Positions 63,930-64,000 of a stretch of DNA of 64,000 bases are shown here, piece by piece. The DNA comes from an uncultured Methanosarcinaceae archaeon. Its GTDB lineage: Archaea; Halobacteriota; Methanosarcinia; Methanosarcinales; Methanosarcinaceae. Each line of letters opens with the position of its first letter. Positions within the stretch are counted from its first letter, which is position 1. A program made the translations under genes and the position numbers. The DNA lies in the NCBI GenBank assembly GCA_963847185.1, contig CAWJYV010000007.1, positions 384,001 through 448,000 of the forward strand. Direction: 5' to 3'. A model generated the notes under the pieces. The model was not told the origin of the DNA. It did no database searches and saw only the letters and a list, made by a program, of their open reading frames with translations.

Positions 63930-64000
63930 ATTTGCCCCAAACCCACTTTCTGCAGATGTCCTTACAATTTTCAAATTTTTCTTGCTATCGTTTTTCAGAT

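Overview
AT-rich archaeal chromosome segment, almost certainly Methanosarcina (mtaCB methanol methyltransferase operon with divergent DUF1724 wHTH regulators, DUF1699, cbiD/cbiE, archaeal tRNAs). Left to right: cbiD-cbiE, A24 peptidase, tRNA-Val(CAC), then a ~15 kb accessory stretch (surface proteins, microproteins, frameshifted genes) closed by a degenerate copy of the tRNA 3' arm (att-like); a Pnkp-like gene, duplicated FAD/Rieske oxidoreductases, regulators + mtaCB, a CHASE4 kinase, housekeeping genes, a flippase/PIG-A-like GT4/deacetylase operon, an arsenic/redox cluster (acr3, arsP, dsrEFH-like, ArsR) with readable operators, a radical SAM-SPASM/EgtD-like methyltransferase/amidinotransferase operon, two UbiA paralogs, a candidate structured RNA, tRNA-Gln(TTG) and several MITEs. 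Best leads: the rSAM/EgtD-like/amidinotransferase operon, the GPI-core-like glycolipid operon, an amber-interrupted GNAT (possible pyrrolysine read-through), near-cognate start codons, and the structured RNA. All family calls come from reading motifs by eye; no searches were run.
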